NCBI RefSeq assembly: GCF_001194135.2
Contig: NC_068990.1
Span: forward strand, 6,800,126-6,864,125
Origin: Octopus bimaculoides
Taxonomy: Eukaryota
Reading direction: 5' to 3'
DNA length: 64,000 bases
The notes below the pieces were generated by a model. That model searched no databases, was not told where the DNA came from, and was given only the letters and a program-made list of their open reading frames with translations. The position numbers and the translations under genes are program-made. Positions 1 to 15,879 of this stretch are shown here, piece after piece. Each line of letters starts with the position of its first letter. Position 1 is the first letter of the stretch.

Positions 1-62
<62 letters not shown>

Positions 63-576
63 GATGATACATTTTCATTTCCCTGATGAATGGTTTCCAT
101 TTAAGACCCCATATACATAACAGTGTCAGTCACTAGAATCTAATCCTCAACAAAATGAATGTAAATTAAGAAAATCCCAAACCAGCGTAAGTTCACCGAA
201 GCTGAACATATATCAACTCACAGATGAAAGACGAATGCACAATCAAAGTTTAGAATAGATAAGCAATGAAAGGAAAACCTAACAAATAAACTAGTAGGGA
301 CATCAAACATCGTATAAATGCTGCAGAGAGAATAGAATACCATCGTTGGAGAAGTTATCATATATGAAATGGGTGACCGATCAAGTTAGATCTCTTTTGA
401 GAAAGAGAATAAGCAAAGCCAATTACAAAATGTAGCAAGAGTACCAAAAATGGAATATTAAGACAGCATTCCATACATTCAAATACCATGCACCAAGTGA
501 AAAATGGAAGAAGACCTGCTTATCCACAGGATTAATAAAATCAACAAAAAGAAACCTAATAACCCTCCATGCTACT

Positions 577-772
577 GGCTCAATGCATGAAATTTTGAGG
601 AAGGGTGAAAGTTGATTGCTTCGACTCCCAGTTATCGAATAGTACTTATTTCATTGACCTTGAAAGAATGAAAAGCAGAGTTGACCTCGGCGGAATTTGA
701 AGTCGGAAGGAGAAGTCAGATGAAATACCACTATTTTGTCCGATGTGCTACCAATTCTGCAGGCTGCCGGCT
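577..772 (-). mobile_element. SINE copy (15880 family)
   Basis: Reverse complement of the family core, GTTGACCTCGGCGGAATTTGAA; diverged. Confidence 0.8.
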
Positions 773-1881
773 GAAAGAGGACTAACAATGGGAAGAAAAA
801 AATGGTCTCTGAAAGATGGTCCTAATATATCAGAGAACCATATGATAGCGCAATGGTCGAGGCCTTGAAAATGCCAAAAAAAAAAAATTATGAACAACCA
901 CAAACCTTAAAGAAATCAGACAACTACTGAAAAAAAAAAAAAAGAAATACTGGAAAGCGTTTGAACCTGATAATATTGTCATGGAGATGACTGTGGTAGT
1001 ACAAGTTCTCAAAATTTAAACACTAACGTATCTTCATAGGAGGTGTGTTCAGTTTCATGAAGAATATTGACAGTGATGATGATAGTTTTAATTGAAATTT
1101 ACACAAAAATATGCTCCTTTCCTATTTTTATCATAACCTAAAATGGGTTATGGGAAATAAAACTAGACGTGTCCCAGCGAAGTGAATAACCAGTAAAATG
1201 GCAACAATGAAATAACACATTATCTTGTTATAATAAGACGATTCCACAGCTGGTTAAAAATGGAGTATAGTCAGTTGCAAAATCTGCAGTTTATAACGGG
1301 CGCTTATTTTATCGATCTCAAAGGAATGACAGACAAATATAGATCCCAGCAGAATTTAGGATCATATTGTTGAGAGACAAGACTAAAGATTATTATAAGG
1401 TAATTAACTCACTACTCCAATATTTCTCTGAATCCAACAGCGCTGCATTGAAAACTAATGACGAAACTAATTACTTGAAAATAATTTTATCGTAGTAAAT
1501 ATACTATAAGAATTGATAAAGACGGCCTTTTCTCTCTTTAACTTCAGGCATTTTATATCTGTAAAATATATCTAAGTGTAGTTGAATTAAATTTTCCGCT
1601 AGCTAAATTCGTAACTCGGTTTGCTTTAATGTTTTAAACTTACATCTCTCAAATACTATTGAGATGATTCTGAACATTAGAAAAGATTCTTCTTTATTTA
1701 ATATTCATTGGACGATTAAATATGTCTCTACCAAAGAGGCATAATTCAAATGTAAGCTCAAACTAAATGCAAAGGAGTCGTTCTCAATCTACCGTTACAC
1801 AATGTTCACATTGTATATACACTATTGGGAGAGTAAAAAACTTGACAGCATTTTCTTTTCTAATCTATAATATAAATCCCG

Positions 1882-1919
<38 letters not shown>

Positions 1920-2154
1920 GATTATAACGGCTGTATTTTTCAACTGATTTTCTCCAAACTGGGAACATACATTACTCATGTTCTAGAGATGGTTTAGACT
2001 CTCAAAATGTTTCACATAATGTGTAACAGGTCCCCTAGGGGTTGAAAATACCTGTTCCTGGGTTACGTGGGAAAGGGGGTAACTTTTGCGAATTAACTTT
2101 CAGAAATTGATTTTCTCCCTTACATCCATTGGTAAAAAAATTATCACAATCGCA

Positions 2155-3829
<1,675 letters not shown>

Positions 3830-5655
3830 TACTATATAAGTATGGACATTTTTACAATATAATAATTTCTTATGCAAATTTGTTTGAGATAATCAAATTT
3901 GATAATCAATCGATTCGGTCCAGTGCGTTGCTGATTTTTAGATTATTGACTCTGAAGGAGTCAAAGGTAAACTCGAACTAGACGGAGTTTGAATACTAAA
4001 CCCAGAAGTAAAAATAATGCAACACACTTTGGTCGACCTTCCACTCACTCTACCGCCCACTACTTTGATAACATTAATTCTATTTAGCAGTATATAAGAA
4101 ATATCTAACTCTGATTTAATATTCATCAATATCGTTATACTTGTTATGAAATATGATGCTGATGCTCTTCGAATAGGGAAAAGACATTTTTTTTTACATA
4201 AGCGGACACTTTAGAGTATCCAAGTTAATTGAGTTTAGATATTCATATATTACTGATACTTGTGTTAACAAATAGTATACCCCCAACAGGATGACTGTGA
4301 GGCAAGACAACGACTACACAAAATCCTGCCCTTCTTTGTCTTTCAGACAGGAATAAAGGAAACAATTTCATTTTCTCACTTACATATTAGATATATGTTT
4401 ATTAGATAAGTAAATTTCAATAGCGAACAACTTCATTATGCAGGATTCTGAGTTGAGGTATATTTTTCTCAAGCAGCAACATGTTAATGATTAATGATTA
4501 ATATTGAAGTAACTCCATTTCAGCAAACTGTTAATGACTTTAGGGGCAACATGAATATAATTTCTTACTGCCTATAAAAAGTATTGGATATCATTTCACC
4601 ATTCTCTGTTAACAGTAGAAATGTGGTTGTGTCATGTAGAGTAAACAAACAACTAAAAGCAAGTTGTGAGTGCCAACCTGTTTAGAATTCCGATTTAATT
4701 ATCTCTTTTCACTTGTGTGACTAATACATTTTAGAAAACTTTTGCTACGAATCCGAGGACTTGTTCAGTTATATGTGAATGAAATCAGTAAGCATTCTGG
4801 GATATGTGACACAATTCCTTTGTGTTTTTGTTATTATTTGAATAGCAAATATGAAGTAGTCAATCGATAGAGCGTTCTACATGTGACATTAATGTTGAGA
4901 AATGGTCAGGAACATTGAAAGTAAAACTAAAATAATATGCCAACATATACATTTGCTGAAGGTCGTTTGATAAAAAAACAGTCTATAAAATATACATAAC
5001 AAAGAGCTTGTTGAGATAGTTGATATCGCTCTTCTATAATGTTTCCAAAGTTCTGTTGACCAATAGATTTGTTCTACGTGGTCTAACAATAGTTACAGTA
5101 AGGCTGAGGCTATCGGAAAAATAAATTTTTATTAATTGAAATGAAAAAGAAGAAAAAACAGAAAAGCAGAATAAGTTGGAAACCAGGTTTGACATGCTAT
5201 AAATAAATAAATAAATCAAGATGTGTGCATAATACAAATTTCAGAGTGAGAGTGGTGGAGGACAATGTTTTTCATTGTTAGTTGGATGCGTGTGTGCTTT
5301 TGTGGACTTGTGTTTATCTAAAGAAAAACAAAATGGAATTGATGTTTTTACAGGTTGAAATTGTTCTGAGCTTTGATTGGAACTCTGCGGGAATACAACA
5401 TTTTATTAGTTATCAGTCCCTATAAATACACAAGAATGTAAAATTAAGTGTATACCTACTGAAAATGAAGCAGTCATACATGCGCACGTATTCATATGTA
5501 TTGATATGTGCGTGTTATTCATTTGGTCTTTCGGTTCTGTCAAAACAGCGTTTATAGTACGGATATAGTTGTTTAATAAATTAATCAAATGGCGCAGTAT
5601 GGTCTCTATGAGTCGTATTTGAATCACCAGGTGGCTAATATTGTTTTCAGATTTT

Positions 5656-5844
5656 GACACAAGCCCAGAAATTTTGGAGGGCCGAGCTAAGTCAGTTATA
5701 TCGACCCCGAGACCTTTATTGACCCGGAGTGGATGAAAGGTAAAATTGACTCCGACGGAATTTGAACTCAGAACATGAAGATGAACAAAATACTGCTAAG
5801 CATTTTGCCCGGCGTACTAATCATTTTGCCAGTTCATTGCCTTA
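5656..5844 (-). mobile_element. SINE copy (15880 family)
   Basis: Contains GGAATTTGAACTCAGAAC...CTAAGCATTTTGCCCGGCGT. Confidence 0.85.
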
Positions 5845-7634
5845 ACAACAACAATAAATATTACTAAACACCCACTAATTTACCTCCTTTCCAAACGTAC
5901 ACGCATTTACAATATAGACAGCAAGATGGAATGATGGAGAGACATAGAATTAGGCAGATATGCTCATATACTTTAAAGATCTTTAAAAATAACTGTTGAG
6001 GTATAGTTAACGAACAAATGATTTATTTAACGATGAATTATGGTGGAGATAATGTAATTATATTGAAATAAATGTATCATATAAGTTGAAATTAAATTTT
6101 CCTGTAAGATATGTCATTTCAATATTAATATTGAACTGAGTTTTTGGTTTATTTATTTCTTTAAAGTTATTTCATATTTAGTTGTTTTTTGTTTCTTAAA
6201 TTTCTTACTGTTTTTACGAAATGTTTCAGCATTGCTATTATCTTGTAAATCCAATTACATTCGTTATAATTATATACAAAGGACTAATTTATCGAATCTG
6301 TTGTATTTCTTGTGCTTTTCTTAGCAACACCTACGCAAGAGATGTAAAAATTCAACTAGTTTATACTTAGAAAATAGAATTCGAAAAATAAAAATGTTTC
6401 AAAACTTCTATCTAGTATCATTCTCTGTATGCCAACTTCGTAACATCATAATTATATACTCTAAGGTATAGGTAAGAGATTGTTTTTACTTTGATATGCA
6501 AAATACTGGAGTACTCGTGCCGTCATTAATGACGATGGGTGGGCGTTTTAATAAGCGGGCGATAATTACAGTATCTTGGTCTGTATTAATATTCGATTTT
6601 TCCAATTGGAGGTATGGTTGAAAATGAAAATGCTGAAAGTTGCTAATGAGACTATGAAGAAGTAAACAAAATTGCAAAAATAACCCGTAAATAAGGAAAT
6701 TACATTTAACACTGCCAAATATTACGCAGGTTTGATTACCTTTAGTAAGTACTATACATTACAATGATCTACTTGTTATTCTATGTTACGTTACTTTCTA
6801 CAGTAAATACAGTAAATTTCACATACGTTGTACATGTATAAGTATCCAAAACTACCAAAATATGTGCATATTTACACATGGGCACGTGATCTTACAAACA
6901 GGCTATATGCATTTTCTAAAGCGTTTCAATAGACAGACAGCATGTTCATTTTAGGCAAAAGTTGTGGATTTACAACATCTTTGACACGTTCGTGCAAAAG
7001 CTACAAATGTACATAAGCAGTATCGTTGACATTCACTGCAAAAGTTCCTGAAGAATAATATTTCTTGTACAGACATTAGGAGGCACCAACACACTTTGGC
7101 CTTCGGAATGTTGAAACTGTAATTTCAAATTATTTCTGTCTTTCGTTCTGCTTAAATAATGAAATACACGCTGTGTAATAAGTAAATAGATTAAAGATGA
7201 ATACATGATACCTCTCCGTAAGTTGAATACAAAAGGTAACAGTCAAATATAGTGGTTATAGAAAGTAGAATAAGTGGAATAAGTGTATATACATATAAAT
7301 ACATATCGTATTAAATATATATTGAGAACACATAGCACATCATATATATATGTATATATACATAAGCACTATTCTTTTTGTGGACATATTGGTAATTCCT
7401 GTCTTATTTTAGTACTAGCTTCCTTTCACTACTATTTACACCCCCCGGTTCCCTTTTATATTGAAATAACCCATAAATATTTCCCTAGACCACTGATAGC
7501 TCACTCTTTTACCTAACCTATCGACCGCAAGTTCCACGCTGCAATATGGTATGATTTTAATATACTGAGCCTTCTGGCCTCATCTCTGGACCCTGTCTCC
7601 CTTCTTCCCTTCGTTTATTTTATTTTATGTATTT

Positions 7635-7748
7635 GCATTCACTCTGATGAAGCCCCATGTACTTGATCGAATGTGCTATGAAGATGACGAATATTATTTT
7701 CGGAATTTCTTTCGTACCCACCGAAGCGGAAACGGCCGTAAGAAATGT
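7635..7748 (+). ncRNA. Degenerate hammerhead-like motif with long helix II insert
   Basis: CTGATGA (7644-7650), about 78 nt, then GAA-ACGGCCGT-A (palindromic stem III, GUA triplet). Stem I is imperfect (GCATTCACT/AGAAATGT) and the base of stem II is broken. Confidence 0.35.
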
Positions 7749-8627
7749 TATGTCATGTTTTGCATTAAAATATAATCAACCGATGTTGGTCAATTAGTTT
7801 GTTAATCATAAGTTTTCTCCATTTTCTGATTGTTTAAATTTATATATATCTACATATGTGTGTGTGTGTGTGTGTATATATATATGTATGTGTGTGTATG
7901 TATGTTGCTGACTTGAACCGAAATTGAATCTTAGATGCAAAAGAAGACGTAAGAAATCGTAATTAGGTAGTTCATAAAAAAAAGAACAATACGTTTTAGT
8001 GAACATATTTACTGGCTCCAGAGTAAGCTGGCATGCAACCAGAGGTGTATCCTCCTGGAGGTTGCTGACTGGATGAAATTTCTAGCAGAGGTTTGTTTCC
8101 CTAGTATCAGTGTGAATTAAGAAAATTTAATACTGCCAGAATTCATAATTAAGCGACAATAAATTAATGACGATAGTAATGAAGCTATGGCTATACATTT
8201 ATAAGAAATAATTATATAGAATATTCGAATTAAATTATTACACTAATTAATTTTGCCTACTTCCTTTTCTCTTTAATAAGACTATTTCCAACTTCGAACA
8301 CAGAACGTACCATTGACTTGTTTCACTCCTAAAGTTAACAATGATACAAGACAATATATCCTCCCCCAAGTCATAGATATCCGCTGCATGTGTCTCAACT
8401 CGAAATATTCCGATCGATCGATGGACAGAGCAATAATTACACAAATATTTTCAGTCATTTTCTAAGAAATGGTTATTTATTTTCAAGATAGATCGTGTTC
8501 TACTGTTTTTATTACATTTGATTTTAACACTTTCTGCCTGTTGGTAAAATTTAACAGTAAATATTATCATTAATAAAGATATAAAGGCTTATTTCTGAAA
8601 AAAGCATATGTGCAGTTCAACATCTTA

Positions 8628-8675
<48 letters not shown>

Positions 8676-8797
8676 TATAGTCATGTTTTTTTTCTGATTT
8701 AAAGCAATGGATAAATAAACATGGTTTATAATATCTTCAAAATTATTTTCTTAATATCTTATTACGCATTTATATTTTTTATTGGTTTGGTCTAGAG

Positions 8798-8992
8798 CAG
8801 CGCTTCTTAAAATGTTTTCATTCATGACCCTATTTTTCATCGCGAGATTTTTCACGACTCCAGGTATTAAATATGCGTTTGTGAAATAACATATAAACTG
8901 AGATTCAAGTGTTTGAATTTAATTTTTCGCAACCACAGCTTTTCACTTTGCCACCCCAAATGGGGCCGCGACCCACAGTTTAAGAAGCATTG
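8798..8992. mobile_element. hAT (Charlie-type) MITE
   Basis: TIRs CAGCGCTTCTTAAA and TTTAAGAAGCATTG match at 12/14. Flanking 8-bp TSD GTCTAGAG (8790-8797) and GTCCAGAG (8993-9000) fits the NTCTAGAN target typical of Charlie hATs. Confidence 0.85.
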
Positions 8993-9119
8993 GTCCAGAG
9001 AAAGATGCAGTGCCCGTGACCTTCGTAGTAGCCCCTCCGAGATTGACGAGATTGCTGCCGAGAAACCTCCGCTTGAGCGCTGGCAACACAACGGCTGCTG
9101 TGAAAATCATGTGCAAGGA

Positions 9120-10870
9120 TCTTAATCCGGGGCATTGAGCTTCTGGAGATATAATGTCTGAGCATGGATGTAAGTACAGCGTCCGGGATGGATTAAAAAG
9201 TACTGGTGGTTGATAGGATGAGAGGCGAGCGAATCGAGAGTGAGTGAATAGAAATGGTGCTGAAACAGAACATTCTGTCTGAGGAGTAGAGATCACTGTT
9301 GTAGGAGTGAAAACGAAAAAAAAAAAAAAAAAAGAAACAGCACATAGGGAAACGATGCCTCTTCTTTTATTATTGCCTAGTTTGGAGTGTGCTTATGAGT
9401 AATTTCATGCTAGTCAGTGGAGTGGTCTTTCTCTGGGTGAGTTTTAGTATGCCTGTGTGTGTAGCAGGAAGACTAGCAAAATCAACTATAGCATTCCAAA
9501 TGTCGGAACAACACGCTACTTTTAGTTCTCATCTGAGCTCCGTAGCCGGTTTGTAGTTTAGTGGCTGAAGTATTTTCTGGCTGTCATGATAATATATCTA
9601 ATTTATATCAGCTAATATATCCTTTTTAAGTCAATAATGTGACTTAATGGAAAATTAGCAGCTGTTTTACATTCATCTGCAGTGATGGTGAGGACTAACA
9701 TTTGAATCGATCATAAGGTTTATAGTTGTAAGTTGCTCATGTTTGTGAGTAAGTCCGTAATGTACAATAATGTGTTTTATATGTGTAGTGATTGCATACA
9801 TGTATGGTTTAAAGAAACAGTTAATTTCTTTTCTAATATAGGCACAATGCCTGAAATTTTTGGGGAAGAGCTTAGTCGATTATATTGACTCTGGTGCCAA
9901 ACTGATACTGATTTTGTCTTTCGAAAGGATGAAAGGCGAAGTCGACCTCAGCAGAATTTGAGCTCAGAACGTAAAGACGGACGAAATGCCGCTAAGCATT
10001 TTTCTCGGCGTGCTAATAATTCTGTCAGCTCACCGCCTTTGGAAACAAGATTAATATGACTTCACTGGACGATGTTTTTTAGGCTTATGTCCATGAATCT
10101 TCCACTACCTAAGTTGAATGTAGAGGACACTTGGATGTGGAAAGTTTGGAAGGAAAGAAGGGTGGTATCATCTGAGCAGAAGTAGATGTTGCTGAGAGTG
10201 ACAGTAGGTACAAGAAGAGTTTCGGCCCAAAACCAAACCATGGAGCCCACTAGAGAGAGGGAAAGGTTTCTCAGCATACGCAGTGATAATGCGATCTGAT
10301 TCAAGAGAGGAAAACTGATAATAAACATGCGTGGAATGTTTGCTTGACATATCGTGTACCTGACATGATCGCAAGCTTTGTTCGTCTGAAAGATAACAAT
10401 AGTGTTTCATCCAAATCTTCTCAAGGTTATGACCTAATAATGACTGATATTCTGTTATTCTGACAATCATACTTATAATCGTTATGGAAAGGGAGAGAAT
10501 CAATTTTGAGTTAATAACTGTCTACATCATCTTTGTCTTGCAAGTAATAGTTGGCCGAGTAAGAAGAGCATGGTCTGAGAGACATTTCAGCGAGTTTTCA
10601 GAGATAGGAATATATTCCATGTTGAGGAAGATAAAGAGAGGGGAGAGAGATTGAAGAGTCTACTGAGGATAGTGGTTAACTCTGGGAACATTGTTTGAGG
10701 TTAGTAGAAAGGATATTGTCAGGGCGGTGGCCTAGTTGGTTTGAAGAGACTGGAAGTAATTGTTTACTTGGTAGATATGTATGATGGCAAACCTATTTGA
10801 GTGTGAGTGTGTAGCTTTTGAGTAGGTTTACCAACTGTGCGTAGTATGGAATAGAGTACTAAGAGGGGAG
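9120..10870 (-). mobile_element. Degenerate CR1-like LINE, RT region and 3' part (interrupted by a SINE at 9841-10039)
   Basis: Frameshifted remnants: PDNILSTNLKQC / ELTTILSRLFNLS (RT N-terminus), SSGLHGLVLG (from SGVPQGSVLG), SNIYFCSDDTTL (from FADDTTL). Confidence 0.7.
9841..10039 (-). mobile_element. SINE copy (15880 family), inserted in a LINE
   Basis: Contains GATGAAAGGCGAAGTCGACCTCAGCAGAATTTGAGCTCAGAACG...CACCGCCTT. Confidence 0.88.
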
Positions 10871-12273
10871 CAAAGAAGTCTTCTTTGACGTACTTAATCG
10901 TTTTCAAATATTTTTTATATTATTGTCCTTCTTTACTCAAGCTTTAAAGACACGAGTTCGGATCACTTTATGTTGTTTGGGTGCTTTATTCAGTGTTAGA
11001 ACCAATATGTGATAGGTAAAGGAAAAGAGGATTCCGCAATATTGGCAGAGATTCTTTCCACGAGTAACTAAAATTAAAAGGATTGGGTTTAAAAAAAACT
11101 ACATATACTTATACACATATACACACATACACATATACCTACATACATGCGTGCGCGAGCTATTTATATATTTCGGATGAGTTTGAAAATTGATATTTCC
11201 ATTGGATTTCTAAATGAAAGTTATTTTACTTTTTGCTTACATAACTCCATGGAAGTAGAACAGATAAAAGCCAAAACCAGGGAAAGATTTTAGTAATTAA
11301 CTGTGAATGTTTTAACGATTAATGATTTCTTGCAGAAGTACAAGGCCGGAAATCTGAGGTTGATAACGAATTGTGAATCAACTTTAAATCTGTATTTGTT
11401 TCATGAATATTCACTGTAATAATTTCCAATGAAATTACTATTTAGAAAATTATATCTAATCTACGATGATGGAATCTATTCCAAACATATCCAAAAAGTT
11501 ATTTTGGAAATATCAATATTAATTTTATTAATCGATTTAAAACACTTGTAAGAAAACTGATTTTCTCACCTAAATTGCTAGCTTTATCATATATCAAAAT
11601 CGATATCAACTTATTAAAAATAGCTTGCCTTAAAAAATTTAACCAGAATAAGCAAAAACATTTTTCGTCAATAATATTATTAAAAAAACAGTATGATCTA
11701 AAGTTCTGTCTTTCTTAAAAAAAATTTTTCTTTAATAATGCATGCCATTCACAGAACAAGAAAAGACAAAGCTGCGCCAATTACTTTTGTTGCAAATACT
11801 TTTATCAAATAACTGTAACAATATTCTTAGAAGATCGATTATTGCTGTCACTTTTAAATACTAGGATGTAACTTGAAAACTACTACTGCTGGAAAAATTT
11901 CAATTGTCTGGCTGAATTAGGCGACGATTGTATTAGAAAATCTTCAAGTACTTTCCAATACATCGGTAACAGAAAATCGTACAAATAAAGTGCAACTAAA
12001 TAAAAGTAAAAGCACACAACAAACCTCTAAATCTATATAATATTTTCTACTGAGCAGCTAATATCTTATTCATACACTCCAGCTAAATAAATGTATACAT
12101 AAAAGCAAATATCTGTCGACATGAGCAAGGATGGATTTTAGAGAGATCGGGATGATTCTGGATGTAAAGCAACGTACTAATCAATTGGAAGAACCCTCTT
12201 CATTCTAATCTTAACAAGCAATGTAAAAGTCACCGTAAAATGTTTGAGGTCGCGCGCGCGCGTATTTTTAAAA

Positions 12274-12318
12274 TTTATTTATGTGTTTCAGCCAAGTGGC
12301 TGCGGTCATGCTGGTGCA
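12274..12318 (-). mobile_element. Isolated LINE/SINE 3' tail
   Basis: The 34 nt at 12285-12318 are identical to 57650-57683, with the same TTTATTTAT flank. Confidence 0.75.
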
Positions 12319-12747
12319 TATATAATTACTCCCTGCCATATATATATATATAAGAATATACATGTTTGTAAATGTGTGAGGATTGCGTAGGCTGTGTATA
12401 ATGCGTACGTGTAATAATACCACCATATATAAATATATATATATANNNNNNNNNNNNNNNNNNNNNNNNNNNNNNNNNNNNNNNNNNNNNNNNNNNNNNN
12501 NNNNNNNNNNNNNNNNNNNNNNNNNNNNNNNNNNNNNNNNNNNNNNNNNNNNNNNNNNNNNNNNNNNNNNNNNNNNNNNNNNNNNNNNNNNNNNNNNNNN
12601 NNNNNNNNNNNNNNNNNNNNNNNNNNNNNNNNNNNNNNNNNNNNNNNNNNNNNNNNNNNNNNNNNNNNNNNNNNNNNNNNNNNNNNNNNNNNNNNNNNNA
12701 AAAAAGTCAAGGCAGAAAATGCTAAAATAATTTCATAAAAAACATTT

Positions 12748-12783
12748 CAGCACCGGTTTCAGTCATTGAGACTTTTTCAACTG
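12748..12783 (-). ncRNA. Degenerate minimal hammerhead-like motif (U3-A8, G17)
   Basis: - strand CAG-TTGAAAA-AGTC-TCAAT-GACT-GAA-ACCGGT-G-CTG. 3-bp stem I, 4-bp stem II, palindromic stem III. Position 17 is G, which breaks the NUH rule. Confidence 0.5.
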
Positions 12784-12975
12784 TAAGCATGGAAAACAAT
12801 TAAATTTAGAAAAAATTAAGAGAAAAGTTTTTTAAAAGAATATTTGTATAGTATTCAAATGCAAGGGGCATTTTCCTTGTTTCTGCCTGCCTTCAATTCA
12901 ATCACTACTACCATCCACAACGGGTCACTTTCAGTGCACTTGACCATTTAACACACTACTATCATGGCACTCCCG

Positions 12976-13205
12976 CATTCTTCTTCTTCTTCTTCTTCTT
13001 CTTCTTCTTCTTCTTCTTCTTCTTCTTCTTCTTCTTCTTCTTCTTCTTCTTCTTCTTCTTCTTCTTCTTCCTCCTCCTCCACTTCTTCCTCCACTTCCTT
13101 CTCCACTTCCTCCTCCTGTATGTATGTATGCATGCATGCATGCATGCATACATACATACATACATACGTTATACATACATAGATACATACACACATACAT
13201 ACACA
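12976..13205. repeat. Compound microsatellite (TTC)n-(TCC)n-(ATGT/ATGC/ATAC)n
   Basis: Directly visible. It is the source of the poly-E/K/R/S pseudo-ORFs. Confidence 0.97.
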
Positions 13206-13409
13206 TAATGCGATTCCATTCATCTAAATCCATTTTATTATTCCTCTTCATGTTGACTCCCTTGTAAGGCGTACCATGACATGGAAAATCACGTGTATTT
13301 CTCAAGAATCCATTTAAAATTGTCAAAGTTCAAGGCGAGTGTGCTTATAAAGAGATGCCTGTTCAGTTAGATACACGACGAATTATTATTAATAATGATT
13401 TTAAGTTTT

Positions 13410-13606
13410 GGCACAAGGTCAGCAATTTCGGAGGAGAGGGTAAGTCGATTACATCAACTTCAATGCTCAATTGATACTTATTTTATGGACCTTGAAAGGA
13501 TGGAAAACAAAGTCGACCACGGCAGAATTTGAACTCAGAACGTAAAGACGGACGAAATGCCGCTAAGCATCTTGTCCGGCGTGCTCACGATTCTGCCAGC
13601 TCGCTG
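13410..13606 (-). mobile_element. SINE copy (15880 family)
   Basis: Contains AAAGTCGACCACGGCAGAATTTGAACTCAGAACG...GATTCTGCCAGCTCGC. Confidence 0.88.
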
Positions 13607-14338
13607 ATAATAGCTTGAAACGTTTGTCCACGTTTCATAGAATGTATCAGCAAACGGTTTGTGGAGTTGTTTGTAGCCGAGATTGAAATTATAAGATATT
13701 TTCACCAAATACAATTCCCCCGCGAAACAGCGATAAATTTGTATGTAAACACTATCGACGTTCTTTATTTTCTCTCGAATTGTTAACTACTGACGTTCTA
13801 TGATGAAAAATAAAAAAAACTATTCTATGAATTTCCATAAGATAGCAATTATTTTAATCGTCGTTAACATATTGTCTTCCTTTGTAAAATAATATTTAAT
13901 TAATAAATCACGGGTTATGTATGATGCTGGCAATTTGTAATGGTGTAGTGCTATATTTGATTACCACAAACTTGTAGTAATTGTAAGATCTTCCTTATAG
14001 GTAAGCAATAAATATATGTGAAAAGATGCTACGCATCTTTTTCCTTATAATTCCTTAATTTCAAATTGAAATTTCTGATGTCGCCTCATTTTATGAAGAA
14101 ATGAGTACTTCTCATTTAACAGCTGCCATCCTAAGGGAAACTACGTAAACATAATTATTCTATCGAAGTAAAATAAATGCATTTTATTCAACATACATTT
14201 GGACAATATTGTAATTCTTATTTGTCCGCGCTTACACGCTTCACAAAACATGAATTATGAGCAATTTTGTCTTTAAAAAAATCCAATGCAGCTAATTCCT
14301 TGCTTAAATACTCATTTTTATATTTATCTCAATTCTAG

Positions 14339-14439
14339 AATCTTCGACGTTTGACAGCAAAGACAAGTATTCTGTATGTTGGTTATTCCCTTTCAACTAT
14401 ATCTCTTCTTATTTCACTCTTCATCTTCAGATATTTCAG
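14339..14439 (+). CDS. Class B1 (secretin-family) GPCR exon, TM1
   Basis: Acceptor ttctag| at 14338 and donor |gtaagt at 14440. Phase 0 start, phase 2 end. Reads NLRRLTAKTSILYVGYSLSTISLLISLFIFRYF(R), matching the class B TM1 pattern YxGYSLSxxxLxxxLxIFxYFR. Not in the supplied ORF track. Confidence 0.93.
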
Positions 14440-15046
14440 GTAAGTCGGACATCTTATTTACACTTTTAAACTATTAAAAACAAAAAAAAAAATCAGCATA
14501 GAAATAATATTTAGGTATTGAATACACTTTTAATATAGTCTTTTATAAATAATCTTTAATATCTTTCACTCCATCTATTTATTTTCAATTGAGCTGTGCA
14601 TAAAAAAGCAATTCATCTAATCTATAAAGATGGCATTAACCACAGAACTGTCAAACTACAATTATATTCAGACAATCTCTATGGCAAAATTGCAGGGAAA
14701 GAAATTAATCTTTGAAAATCTCCAAACAACATCAAGGAATTAATCATTACAATCCCATATATATATATATATANNNNNNNNNNNNNNNNNNNNNNNNNNN
14801 NNNNNNNNNNNNNNNNNNNNNNNNNNNNNNNNNNNNNNNNNNNNNNNNNNNNNNNNNNNNNNNNNNNNNNNNNNNNNNNNNNNNNNNNNNNNNNNNNNNN
14901 NNNATATATATAATTGTGTCAAGGACCTATAATCCTTTGAGAGATGCTAGCATCCCAGTTTTCCGGAATTTTATTATATGGATTTGAGTATCAGTGAATA
15001 AACTGATATCTGCATGTCAGTTTCTCTATTTTCTTCCTTTTCTCAG

Positions 15047-15115
<69 letters not shown>

Positions 15116-15879
15116 CACCTGTATGTACATATGTTTGTGTGTGTACTGATGTGTGCTTGTGTGCATTTATACATACATGCATACATACACACACACGCGT
15201 ACATAAATATAGATGCATGTACACACATACATACACACACAGATATATATGTATATACATGCCTACATCTACATACGCTCCACACACATGCATCTTAATG
15301 ATGAACTGAAAAAATGGCGCTATCAAAATTTGAAATAATACGTGATATGTGAAATATCCGAAATATTCTACCATAGCAAAAGTTCTTACAATTATTAAAA
15401 TTAACAATTTAAATGCGAATGTCATTGACTACTTATATAATGATAGTTGGTTAAGTGCAACCTAAGCTTAGTTTCAGTATCTCGTTAAGTTTATTCCATA
15501 AATCAGTAATAACTACGTTATCCGTTCGTCTTTAAAATGATATCCTAGCAAATAATTTGCAGTTTAACTGGCATAAACTTTTAGTAAGAATGATGGAATT
15601 GATCATTAAAAAGGGAGATATTCGTGCGTGAATAACAGTATGCCTGTGTTAAGAATAATAAATAATTATTGGTATCTCAATGGGTGCGATAACCTAATTA
15701 AATTATTCGGGGATATCCAAAAGAAAAATGTTATATTTCTTAATACGGTACCACTCTATGCCAAATTTTGAGCTGAAGACCTATGTCGACTGAGATTATC
15801 CAGACAATTAGTCGACGAAAATCTCCCCCCCTCTCAAGCAAGTGAGAGAGCTCCTTGCTTGTTGTCTTTAGATTGTAAG

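Noticed and set aside
180-545. Protein-like frame KWVTDQVRSLLRKR...EKWKKTC resembling a LINE inter-domain region
   Set aside because: No diagnostic motif and several stops; too weak to annotate.
13636-13680. ANGLW after an AG, superficially like the GPCR extracellular-domain NGxW motif
   Set aside because: The frame lacks the preceding R-x-C, stops three codons later and has no donor site. No extracellular-domain or TM4-onward exon was found in the window.
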